Source: Hypanus sabinus
Lineage: Eukaryota
Length of the DNA stretch: 64,000 nt
Assembly (NCBI RefSeq): GCF_030144855.1
Contig: NC_082722.1
Span: forward strand, 19,778,001-19,842,000
Direction of reading: 5' to 3'
This document shows positions 27,234 to 38,455 of this stretch, one piece after another (the first letter of the stretch is position 1; each line of letters opens with the position of its first letter). Position numbers and translations under genes: made by a program. The notes under the pieces are model-generated. The model was not told where the DNA came from and did not search any database. It was given only the letters and a program-made list of their open reading frames with translations.

Positions 27234-27424
27234 CTAAAGGTAACGTGCTGTCTCTGACGGAGAATTGCTTCGATAGCTGCCGCTGAGAGAAGGGAAGAAG
27301 GAGCACACAGCATGCTGAAGTCCCTTTGGTCTTGGACCCAATCTTTTCACTATGTTTTCAAAGACATGAATGAAGTAACACAAGACCATGGAGATGAATA
27401 TCAGGTTAGATAGCATAGTAATTT
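27234..27424 (-). pseudogene. Antisense TM(-cytoplasmic) exon, copy b
   Basis: Phase-1 acceptor ttttactgctgttgtccag; EITMLSNLIFISMVLCYFIHVFENIVKRL. Either a weak donor G|gtccaa at 27337, or read-through to TAG 27234 with AATAAA at 27179-27174. Confidence 0.45.
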
Positions 27425-27519
27425 CTGGACAACAGCAGTAAAATATTCGAAAAAAAACGATGCCTGCAGATGTAGAGGAATCACAGAGCGTCAGCGGAGA
27501 GCGAAACAGATCTAAGATG

Positions 27520-27824
27520 TCTGATCGGTCGCTTGATGAATGGTTGCAAATTAGGGGAGTGATTTTGTTTCCTACTCTTTGATTCTCCCTACTCTACCAA
27601 ACACCTTTCATGTTATAGCATAAGTGAAGTAGAATTTGCAATCTTTTCTAGATGCCTGTAAGTACTTTTAACTATGAGCACGCTTGTGATGGCTGGGGAA
27701 ACATTTTATGTGAGACAATCATGCCCATGGTAACATGCAGATATTTCACAATTTATGGTGTTTCTCGAATTGTCCAACACATCTCTTGAGAAAGTTAATC
27801 CAATAGCTTTCGAGTTAACTGGGA
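27520..27824 (-). pseudogene. Antisense C1-exon relic, copy b
   Basis: gatttgacag|TC CCA GTT; VPVNSKAIGLTFSRDVLDNSRNTINCEISACYHGHDCLT* ... E*ENKITPLICNHSS. Confidence 0.55.
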
Positions 27825-30561
27825 CTGTCAAATCTGAAACGTTTAAACCATCTGATTTTTTTGGTAATTTTCAAAACTTCTCAAATCTTCCAAAACGAAA
27901 TCAAAAGTTAAAGATTTTAAAATCTTAAAACTCTAAAGAAATGCTTTTCCTAGTTATCAGTACTTTCAAACAGATTAAACACTGCTTTAGCAATGAATAG
28001 ATTTCAATTAACAGGCATTTGACGATTTACATACAATCTGGCCAATATTTGTAAGGTGCATTTTAAACTCGTAAGACATTTGTACTTTGTTTTACCCTCG
28101 ACTGTAATTTTCGGCATTCACTTCTATTAACCAGGAGGAGAATATTGCTCTCAGCACGAAAAGTCAGGTCGGCATTTTTTCACATAAATTAATTTCATAT
28201 GATTTGGACAATTAGTTCAGTACTTGTTTCTTCATTTAAACTTAACATGAGGCCTCAATTGGAGAATACTTTGCTGGCTTACGGGAATAAGTTATACCTT
28301 CACAGAACAAATTTGCGCAACTAAGTCCATGCCGACTTTCAAACACCAATTATGTAAATCAGACAATAAACCTATAGAATTCTGCAATACACTACTATAG
28401 CCGGCATTCCAAGGAACACACCCCGCGACCATGTAGATGGATCCATGGCGTCATAAGACACTGCACCAGGTCTTCGGCCCATTTCGCCCATGTAGACCGA
28501 GAAACCTATCCCAGCTAGACCTGCTTTCTTGCGTTTGTAACTTACCACAGTAAACCTTTTCTATCTGTGCACCAATTCAAATCTTTTCTAACACAATCTA
28601 CTGATCCATCCCGTGCTCTCTTCCAGTTAGCAAGACCCTTGCTTTGGAAAACTTGCCCTAGATACATTTAAGCGTTTTCGCTCTCATCTTGAATCGATGC
28701 ATTCTCATTTTCGATTCAGCTATTCTGGGTAAAAGACTGTAACCATACCCCTGTTTATGCCGCTATATATATAAGGTCACCACGCAACCCCAGCGCTCTT
28801 GGGAATAGTAACCCAAGACTTTCCCTACAGCTAAAAACATGCTGTCCCGTAAATGTATTGGTGCATCTTTTCTGGACTATGTCAAGCTTCGTCGGGCCTT
28901 TTTTATAGCCGGCTGAATAGAAATGTCCAGAATACTATGAGTATGTTTCACCAACGACCTGTACAGTTGAATATGACGACACAGATGCTGTACTCATTGA
29001 TGCAACTATGAATAAATGTGACAAATACCTTTTTCACCAGTCTGCTCACCTCTTTTGTCACGTTCAAAGATCAATTTGCATGTACCCTCGTCGCTTTGTT
29101 TTACTTCAATGCACTGGACAATCTATTGTGCAATTATTGCCTTGGTTTAGCTAACCAAAATACAGTACTTCGTAAATGTCCGAGAAATATTCTATCTGCA
29201 ATTGCTTGTCCTGCTTTCGCAGTTTATCGTCGTAGATATCTTTTACTGTCTAATATACCATCAATTTCGTTGCATTCCAAAAATTATTAATGGATTTAAT
29301 CTGAATATTTCGGAGATCACAAACAATACTGGAAATGGATACTGGAAATGTTCAGTACACCACTAGTTGCAGGCAGTCATTCTTGATATCAAATTTCCAC
29401 TATCACCGTTTGACTCCCTCTACTAACCCAATTTTGTATTCTTGTGCTCAGGTGTCTGGTTCACACTGGCTCCCATGTCATCGAGTTTTCTGTGCAAGCC
29501 TGCAATACGGGACCTTGCAAAATTCAATGACGTTATAGTCCAATTTCTGCACTCCGCAATTTTCTTCATCACTTCATCAAAGCAACTCAATTAAATTTGT
29601 GATCCCAAATGACAAATCCATGCTGACCGGCAATTTTTCGATCTTTCCCTTTTCAAATTGTGATAGATTCTCTCCCACTGATCGACTCCAATATATTTCC
29701 ACTCAACAATGCTGGGCTCGCCACCTTCAGCTCTCCTCTTGCCCGTTCAGATCTTCTTAAGTAAATGCATATTTGCCACTCTCCAATACTACAGTAATGC
29801 AATCTCCGTTAAAGACGATGCTGATAACTTTGCAATAGACCTTACAATTTCCCCTCTGGCTTCTCACAGTGAAGGGATGTAATAATTTACAGCTCGGTTA
29901 TCGGGATCTCTCGCTCGTTATTTTCTAATTTCCTTTTGTTTTCTGTTCAGAAGTTGTATCATGCTACCTTTGTGTTCTCATGATTCCCGTCAGGTTTACT
30001 GAAGTACATCTTATATTTCTGTCGGGAATTGCTTGAAGCCGTTCCCTACAGATGATGCAGGCTCCTTTCTCCGAAACAGTGTCGCAAAGTCCTCGTGAAC
30101 CGGAATTCTCTAAACCTCTTGGCCTTGTCATTCTCTTTACCGATACACTCATGCATATTAGCGGCCGGTTAGAGAGGGCAGCACCTTGAAATAAAAGAGG
30201 AAAATTTAAATGAGGTTGCGGAGAGTAGTCAGAGACTTGACAGTGCTACAAGAGAGTGTTCATTTGATCACAATGGTTTAAAGACATTCAAAGATGCCCA
30301 CAAACAAGCAAAAAATAGGGATGTAGACGACATCTGATCAGATATAATTCAATTTGCATTATCATCGATGCAGACATTATTGTTCGAAATACATTTTCCT
30401 GCCATTTATGGGGGTGATTGATAAGATTGATAAGTTCCTGTCCTAAGGTAGAAGGAGTCAATTTTAGAAAAAAACTAACACATTTATTTTTCAACGCAGT
30501 TCCCTCCTAAATTTATACACTTAGTCCAGCGGTCGTGGCCCTCCAGAAAGTGTCCAGAGAT

Positions 30562-30736
30562 GGGTGATTGATAAGTTCGTGGCCTAAATTAGAAGGGGAT
30601 GAATTATACAGGTCTCGTTACCTGCACATGCAGGTCAACTGTTCGAGGTATCACGCAGAAAGGTTGAAGTTAATAACTCTTCTCCTTCTACCTTTGATCG
30701 CGAACTTATTAATCACCCCGAACTTATTAATCACCC
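30562..30736. mobile_element. Mariner-type MITE with about 46-bp TIRs and a tandem duplication of its terminal 18 bp
   Basis: Left TIR gggtgattgataagttcgtggcctaaattagaagggga (30562-); right TIR ...cttctacctttgatcgcgaacttattaatcaccc (-30718); cgaacttattaatcaccc at 30701 and 30719. A related TIR-like end lies at about 30411-30460. Confidence 0.75.
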
Positions 30737-31322
30737 CGAAGTTAATAACTTCAAATGGTAAAGGGCTGAATGAGAAGGAATCTGACTGGAGAGGACATTG
30801 GGCCATTGTTGAAAGTAAAAACGAGGAGCAGCAGAAAAGCAAGGTGAGGAGAAGATAAGGAATAAAATGGGACCCAGAATGGGAAATAGAAAATGATGAA
30901 AGATGTACGTGAGAAATTACTGAAAGTTAGAGAATTCTGTGTTCATATCAGGAGGTTGGAGGCTATCGAGATGGAATATAAATCCACCTATCAAGTGCCA
31001 TCTTCTTAAGTCCCCTCCCCCCACTTATCACCTCCCAGCTTATTAGTCTTTCACTCCTCTATCGCCTTATTGTGACTTCTTCCCCCTTCCATTCCAGTCC
31101 TGAAGAGGTACCTTACCCCGAAACATCGATTGCTTATTTTTCATTATTGATGCAGAGCTCCGCTCGCTCGTTGTGTGTATTCCACGGGATTTCCTCTATC
31201 TACAGAATTTCTTCTACCCAAGGTATCTACGTAGCTTTGACCATGTGATTTCATATACAATGTGCACTTGATTATTACATCCTATGAATTGCTATCTTTC
31301 GTACTGACCACTCTCATTTGCA

Positions 31323-31377
31323 ATGTCGGTGGATGCAACAGTTTGGTTCGTGGTTCTGCTTGCCGCGTTTTGGCCAG
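31323..31377 (+). CDS. Gene 2 exon 1, signal peptide MSVDATVWFVVLLAAFWP(A)
   Basis: ATG at 31323, hydrophobic core, 55 nt then G|gtacgc (phase 1). Same length as the gene 1 leader. Confidence 0.85.
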
Positions 31378-34300
31378 GTACGCTTAACTTTTTGTACTCA
31401 ATCTATAAAACAGACATCTTATGATATTACACATCGTTTACCCGTAGCAAATTTAGTGATAGTAAACATCCAATTCGCATATCAGTGTTCTGCCTATTTT
31501 GTCTGTTGATTTGTTGTCCAGTGAATGCAACTGTTTTCATTATTCTCACTTATGCTTTGTCAGCCGCAAAAGGAACTTCGGCAAAATTGGAACAATTCCC
31601 TCCAATCTTAAACGTCACAATCGGTGGAAATGCATTCATGTTCTGCAAATTTCCAATACTACAAGATATTGCTGAAGTTTCATGGTGGAAGGAGGGTCAG
31701 AACACATTTATAGAATCAGACAGCAGAAATCAGTTCCATGTAAAGAAAGGGAGGGGCACATTTACCCTCCTGAATGTGAGATACGCAGACGTCGGCGTGT
31801 ATTACTGTCAAGTGAAAAGTCAACAACAAATATTGGGAAATGGAAGTGGCTCTCAGCTTATTGTGTTAAGTAAGTGTCTTTATTCCTGTAAGTTGAAATT
31901 TTTCATCTCTTTGTATTTGAAGAAAAGCAAAGATTGTTGGAATGTGGTGAAATGTTATTGCTGGTTGAAAATCTGTGCCATTAGTTTGCTTTTCAGCTTT
32001 TTTTAAACAGAAACTACCATTTCGTTTTTTTATTTAAGAAATCCTTTTATTATTTCGATGTAATTATACAGATTTGCTTTTGCTCCAATTATTATTTGGT
32101 CCATTGATATTTCCAATCATATATTTGTTCTGCCTATATTCCTACACAACACCTCTCCCTCTTCCCACCATGAACTATTCCTCAGCCAGCCTTTTAGTAC
32201 ATAAGAACATAAGAAATATGAGCAGGCGTAGGCCATTCGGCCCCTTGAGCCTGACCCGCCATTCAATAACATCATGGTTGATCTGTCTGTAAACTCAGCT
32301 CCATCTACCTGCCTTTTCGCCATAGCCGTTAAGTCCCCTTCTTCCTAAATATCCATCAAATTGTATCTTAAATATCTTTAGTGAAGAAGCCTAAACTCAA
32401 TGGATAACCATTCCACTATCCATGTCCAAAACAATTCTTCTTCATGCATTCATATTTAATTTATAAGTCTCTTGTGCGGTACCTTATCGAATGCCTTCTG
32501 GAAATCCCTGCATACGGCATCCACCTGTTCCCCTCCATCCACTGCGCTCATTCTGTCCTCAAAGAACTCCAGCCAGCTTGTCAAATAGGACCTGCCCTTT
32601 CTGTATCTATGCTGTGTCTGTCCAAGGGAACCACTCCTTTTTAAATGTTTCGCTACTTCTTCCTTAGTGACAGCTTCAAGCATTTTCCCGACTACAGATG
32701 TTGAGTTAACTGGCCTATATTTGCCAGTCTTTTCCCTACATCCTTTTTTAAAAAGTGGCGTGACATTTGTTGTCCAACAACTTTAAGCAATCAAAAGCTT
32801 TAAACAGCGAATGAAAGGAACCACCTCATTTTTAGACGAAGAATTTGATTCCGGTTGGATAATGAGAGATAGGGAGCTGTAGACAAATTTGGTTGAAGAG
32901 GAAATCACAAGCCATCTACTTTAAAGCGAAGCTTTGTCGAGGTTAAATGATATCCGCCCGTTCTTCAGCCTGTTTTATACTGCCAAATCTCGACGTATTT
33001 CGCTGACTTCGGTCATACAATTGCTGAATCGCTCAGCTACAAATATTTATAAGTAATTAATAAACATCGGCAAAGGCAAACAAAACCATTTCATTAATGT
33101 CAATTACGGGACGGCTGCGTAAAACCTCCACAGAGAGAAACACAGCTTGATCCGTGTGCTACTCCGCAATGCCGATCCCATTGAAACGAGCATAGATATG
33201 CAGATTCACTGCCTCATGTTGCGTTAATACAGAATTGATCTACAAGGGCAGAGGTAGGGACAAGAATAGCCAGTTTGAAGAAGAAATAAAGTCACTCCTA
33301 GCACGCGCTAAATCTGCTACGTTCATTCCAAACAGGCGTGCGTTCCACATCTGTCTGTTCTGTCATGTGTATTTCCAGTAAGTTACCCTTTACAAACGTC
33401 AGGCTTACCAGCCTAAAAAATTCTTAGATCCTTAGATCTTAGATCTTAGATCCTTTCTTGAACAACTAGAAAACATTAGTCATATCCAGTCCTCAGGCAC
33501 ATCACCCGTGTGTTCGGACATTTTGAATGCCTGTGGTCAAGGCACCATTAAACTCAGCACAAGCCTCCCAAAAAGGTTAGAGCTTCGGCCCTGGGGACTT
33601 ACAGAAACTATTTTTCCTTACAGCAACAAGCCCGTAAACATCTGTAATCCGTATAAGGTCCACCGCAGTGCTGTGCGGACAACCATGAGCTCGGGATGGT
33701 CCTTGTAGGCAGAGCAATATGCTATTTGTGACACATTGATAAGGTTATCTGACAATAGACTTTTCTAAGTTAGACTCGGACCATAGTTGTAGTGGAGGCA
33801 GTCCATGGTTGCAAAATCGTGCATTGTTGGCTCACCTGTGAGTGAAATCTCTGCAGGGAGAAGCGGAGTTCCTGCAGCTCATGGGTTGCCTCTCTGCAGG
33901 ACATCATCGTTCGTATAGCAGTGCCAGGTCACTATCGACCTCTTTGCTGCAGGCAGACAGGTTTATAAAAGAACAGAAACGTAGAATAAATGCGCTTAAT
34001 ATCAGCTTCGCATTTGTGTTCCTAGATGTTTCATGGATGTGACGATTTGCCACATTCAACACATTAAATAAGGAAAACGTTCTCCAGCAATGATTTACAT
34101 TCCGAGGAGAGCACTATCAGTGAATGTTGATGACTGAAAAGCTCCAACGCAAGCTCTGAAAAACTACCTGAACAAATGAGTTGCTAGAATATAAAAAGAA
34201 ACGTGCAAGAATCTATTGCGTTCGGACTGTGGAGATCTGTCATATTTTGGGTTTTGTAGTTCAGTTTTGATTGGAAATGAAAAAAAAACACAGAAAGGAA

Positions 34301-37300
34301 CATTTTCCAAAGCCAAAGGGCTGCCGCAAAATCAGTCGTGTGATAAAACTGAAAGACCATTCAAAACAGACCGTCTGCCTCACATTGCACCCCTTAGATT
34401 CGCCTTCTCGGTGTCTTCTTCGAGTTCTTCCTTTCATCTGTCTCTGCACGGTGACGCGATGTTATTTTGTTTATTTTGCACTCTATCTGCTGGATAGAGA
34501 CTGAACGTGCTGTGTGGAAATACATGGACTGTATTTTGCAGTTGACCCCAGAAGAAGGATGTTTCCTTTATCCATTTGCATATGTGTGGTTGAATAACTA
34601 TGAACTTGAACTTAAATTATTTATAAAATACTGGTAACCTATGGAGGGTAACTAATTTGATAGCGAGATGTCGTTGTAATTTGCGGGAAGATAACGGAAT
34701 TTACTCTAACTAAATGAATGGTAAACACCCAATATAACTCTTTTTATTCAAGTGCCCCCAACTCCATTGGTAATCGTTCCTATTGGAGAGTGTTCGTCTC
34801 CTCGGCAGCTCCTCTGTAAAACAGCTGCCTTCAACCCGAAGGAATTAGAAATCGTCTGGCAAAAAAATAACAGGCAAGTTCGGACTGGAATAGAAACAGT
34901 GATATACCAGAACGCGGAGGGTTCATACGAGGCATACAGTTCATTGGAAATTAATCAGTCTGCTTGGGGAGAAGATGTTTACTCCTGCCTGGTGTCGCAT
35001 GTCTCTCTCACGGTGCCTGTCAGTTTCAGGTACATCCCGGAGCAAGGTAAGATGGTGTCTTGATTGCGTCCTGGTGTAAGGTATCGGACCGAAATGTCGT
35101 TATGTTATTCCTCTCCTGATCTGCTGCGTACCTTCAGCATTTTGTGTGTTACTCTGAATATTCAACATGTTCTGAATTTCTAGTGCTTCCGGCAAGGTGG
35201 AAACGTTTCCAAATGATATAGGTGTGTCGATCAAATCTTGTTAAGAGCAGTCATAGAACAGCTACCCAAACACAGAAGAAGGGAGAACATTTCAGATTAC
35301 CTGATTGCACTGAACATTTACTGTGAATGGTGTTTAAAAACAAATGCCTTATACCCTCATCTTAAATCGTGTTGGATGAGTTAACAAATTGATTTCGCTT
35401 AGTACGTGTAAGGTAACAAACTTCCGGACATTTGTCAAAGATTAGACAAAGCAAATCTTAAACTCTAAATCGCATAGTGATATAGCAAAGGGGGAACCCA
35501 TCGGGTTGTGAGTGAAGGTGTTTTAAAGCAACATAGTTTTACAGGAAAAATGTGGGCATGTCGCAAAATCAGAATCAAGGTCGGAATTCCTGAACACTGT
35601 GGCATGACACTTAATTGCTACCTGGAACGAATACATAGGGTGCGAAACTGTGAACAAACTTTGACATAATTCAGTCTCTGCGTAATTACCTTCCAATAAT
35701 AGTGGGCAATACAGTTCAAATGGACGACTCGTGTTTATCTATGTTTTCATTATGCAGTTTTCCAATAATTCGGGTTTGTCACTCGTAAAGCTGTGGAAAA
35801 CATAACAGTTGCAAATACGTTGAATATGCTCGATACAGATTCAGGAGGTTTAGAGGGTACAGTGTTATAATCTCATGAAGTAAGCGAGTAATTTCAGCAT
35901 GTAATGCAGAAGCGAAATTTTGAAGCACCGGGACTCCTTTGGCGTGTCTGCAAGTTATCTATATGGTTTTGATCGTACTAAAGAATGTCCTTGACAGAAG
36001 TGAATTAAAAGATTAAATCGAGCTATTAGGTTGGATGATTACGCGTTCAATTGTTGTGCTGATATCTATTGTCAAGAGAAGTATAGGAAAAAGCAGCCGA
36101 GCCTATTCTTAGTCGTAGTAAATAGCTCGCATGGGTCTGGAGAAATTAAAAACCAGATTTCTTTGTTCTATGCTGTATATTCTGCCGTTTTCCTATCAGT
36201 GTGTAGTGAGATTTGAAAGGACCCTATGTAATAGTTTGCATTGTTGAATCCCATGTGTGGATTTGTTTTAAGATGTATAAATGCTTCCTGGTTTATTTTT
36301 CAAGGCGCTGATACCGGATTGATTCTCGCATATGCAGTGCGCACACCAGCAATTCTAATTTTAATTGTGGTAATTGTTTTGCTGATACTCAAGTTAAAGA
36401 GATCGCACGGTAAGAACACTGATCGTTGAGAAACATCACCTCTATTCGTACAAAATAGAAGCGTTAATGACATTTAACTTAAAATCAGTAAATGGCATTT
36501 ACAGAATGATTGGACATGAATCGCAATTTTCGAAGCCTCATTTCAGTGATAATATTCTGGCACAATATATGCTTAATCTTAACGTTCAACTATTTCACCA
36601 GTCCACTGACTAACTTATGTACATTTCATTGGTTTTCATTTCCATTTTGGCTGGCATACTTCAATACAGTACCGCCGCTGTTATGCTATTATCACTTTAC
36701 AGTCTCGTTGAAAGTCAAAGCCTTTTGAGCATAGCACCAGGTAACTGCAGAACACAGTATATTAGCACGACTGTTACCAACAAATACTTTCTAAAAGATC
36801 CGTAACTTCAGCAGTTCCACTTACACGATTAATTCGATTGGTATGAAATGAGTAATGTACAATGTTTACAATGCAAATCATTTCTTTTTGATTACTTTCC
36901 TGAAGGTGGTAACACAAGATCTTTGGACGATTATCAGAATGAAGAGCCGGTAGGTGAAGCGACTCGTATTGTTTCAGAGTGGGATATTCTCATAGCAAAT
37001 ATATCATGAATCTATTTTATTCCACAACACTTTGGAGCATAGTATGGAAAATAAAACTGTTTACCCCTTCAAATATATCTTCAAGATTTATTTGAATGTT
37101 CCCATTGTATCTGCTTCCTGTATCCTTTCAGGATGCAACACCGGTTCATAGCCGGTTGGATTGGAAGGGGAAAGGTAATATTTACCATTGGAAGGTCAGT
37201 TGTTTTGAACAACAATTCAGCACACATCTGAGACTAGTGAGAAACTAGTAAATACTAGTTTACGAGAATTGTAGTTGATTGGAGAATGGGAAAGTACAGT

Positions 37301-38455
37301 ACTTTTACGGATCAATACGTAATTTGTGTTACATTGGACCTAACGGACAGTAAGGTAAAAATGTAACCAAGTCTTTTCTTGAAATGGTCTTTGCAATATT
37401 AAATGCAGTTTTAACCCCGATCCGCAACAAAGATCCACACAGCGTTGTAATGGAATCGAATATACTTGCAAAAAAACCTTGTAGTGTGTGGTGAACAATG
37501 ATACTCTACAGGGCACCTTCTAGTCCACGATGATACGCTGAATGAGTATTATCCTCAATTTGGGAAGCAAAGCCTCAAACGGATAAAAGTATTGTCGTCT
37601 CCCATTTGGATTCAAACCAGAAAATAATTTGAAGCTACTGACCGATTTTGGAAAGAGAACCGGTTGACATTCCAGTTTGAAGAACCTTCCGCAGACTGCA
37701 ACATGAACATTAACTACTTCCCTTTAACTAGTGGTTCCTTATCTACTAACATTTTGTGTGGTCAATTTCTCGGTTTTACTTCATGTTTCCAGCACTTCAG
37801 TGTTGTTTTTTTTTGCTACCTGCATTGTTCTCATGGTAACCTTTGTCTTCTTCTGTTTCATTAATCACATTCCCCAGTTCAACGCAGTTTTAATTTTACC
37901 TAACGACCTTAGGTGCAAATGGAGCGAATGCAGTGACTAAGATAAGGTAGTCATACAGACATCATTGATTTCATTATGGTAGAATTCCGCTAAGACTTCT
38001 ACTAGTGTTCGTAACACTTCCGGGAATGTAGGGCTACTGCTTAGAGCAATATCTAAGTTGAAGATGAAGCTTTCATGATAAACTTTTACTGCTAATTTAA
38101 TATTCTAGAATGCTATGCCATTATTTCAACAAAACAAATGACATTTTTATCATTTACTGTAACTACTACGTCCATTGGTTCTACCTACTGCGATCGTAAT
38201 TTCAGTAATTTACCAGCAACACCAATCAAATTAACAGAGGCCCAGGTTGCCGCTCCCTTGTTTCCGGTTAGAGTAAAGCGAGACTTAGCATCGAAACTTG
38301 CCATTTGCTCCAGTATCCTCAACTTAAATAATGTGAGTGGCATTACAGTTTCAGTTTGCACCGCAGGGACGGATTCTGATCAGGGCAATGATTACGATAA
38401 TCCGACGCATGCATCAATGATACAACATGAGCCTGTGCCCAAACACAGAATTTAG
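31323..38455 (+). CDS. Intact 5-exon IgSF receptor gene (gene 2): leader-VJ-C1-TM(Arg)-cytoplasmic tail; join(31323..31377,31564..31869,34753..35046,36305..36409,38367..38455), 282 aa
   Basis: All introns are GT-AG and phase 1, and the spliced ORF is 849 nt without internal stops. Exons 1-4 have colinear paralogs in gene 1. The last exon is the least certain. Confidence 0.85.
31564..31869 (+). CDS. Gene 2 exon 2, VJ-type Ig domain
   Basis: tttgtcag|CC ... TTA A|gtaagt, 306 nt. Motifs: MFC (B-strand Cys), VSWWKEG (Trp), D-V-G-V-Y-Y-C, and J-like G-N-G-S-G-S-Q-L-I-V in the same exon. Confidence 0.95.
32200..32760 (-). mobile_element. CR1 fragment in the gene 2 V-C1 intron
   Basis: (TAAGAACA)n tail in reverse, 3' UTR, and RT segment DFQKAFDKVPHKRL. 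Confidence 0.8.
33423..33452. repeat. (TTAGATC)n microsatellite
   Basis: cttagatccttagatcttagatcttagatc read directly. Confidence 0.8.
34753..35046 (+). CDS. Gene 2 exon 3, C1-set Ig domain
   Basis: ttttattcaag|TG ... CAA G|gtaaga, 294 nt. Motifs: LLCKTAAFNPKELEIVW, NAEGSY, and W-G-E-D-V-Y-S-C-L-V-S-H-V-S-L, which matches the Ig/MHC C1 signature [FY]-x-C-x-[VA]-x-H. Confidence 0.95.
36305..36409 (+). CDS. Gene 2 exon 4, transmembrane exon with Arg
   Basis: ttatttttcaag|GC ... CAC G|gtaaga, 105 nt. Translation GADTGLILAYAVRTPAILILIVVIVLLILKLKRSH: hydrophobic run followed by a basic stop-transfer segment. Confidence 0.9.
38367..38455 (+). CDS. Gene 2 probable terminal exon, cytoplasmic tail GTDSDQGNDYDNPTHASMIQHEPVPKHRI*
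   Basis: Phase-1 acceptor tttcagtttgcaccgcag|GG, open to TAG at 38455. A decayed homologous segment lies at about 13955-14090 behind gene 1. Confidence 0.55.

Noticed and set aside
31790-31875. Rearranging V/J segments or RSS
   Set aside because: No CACAGTG/ACAAAAACC signals between or beside V and J; the exon ends in a normal GT donor. A productively rearranged germline origin cannot be excluded from sequence alone.
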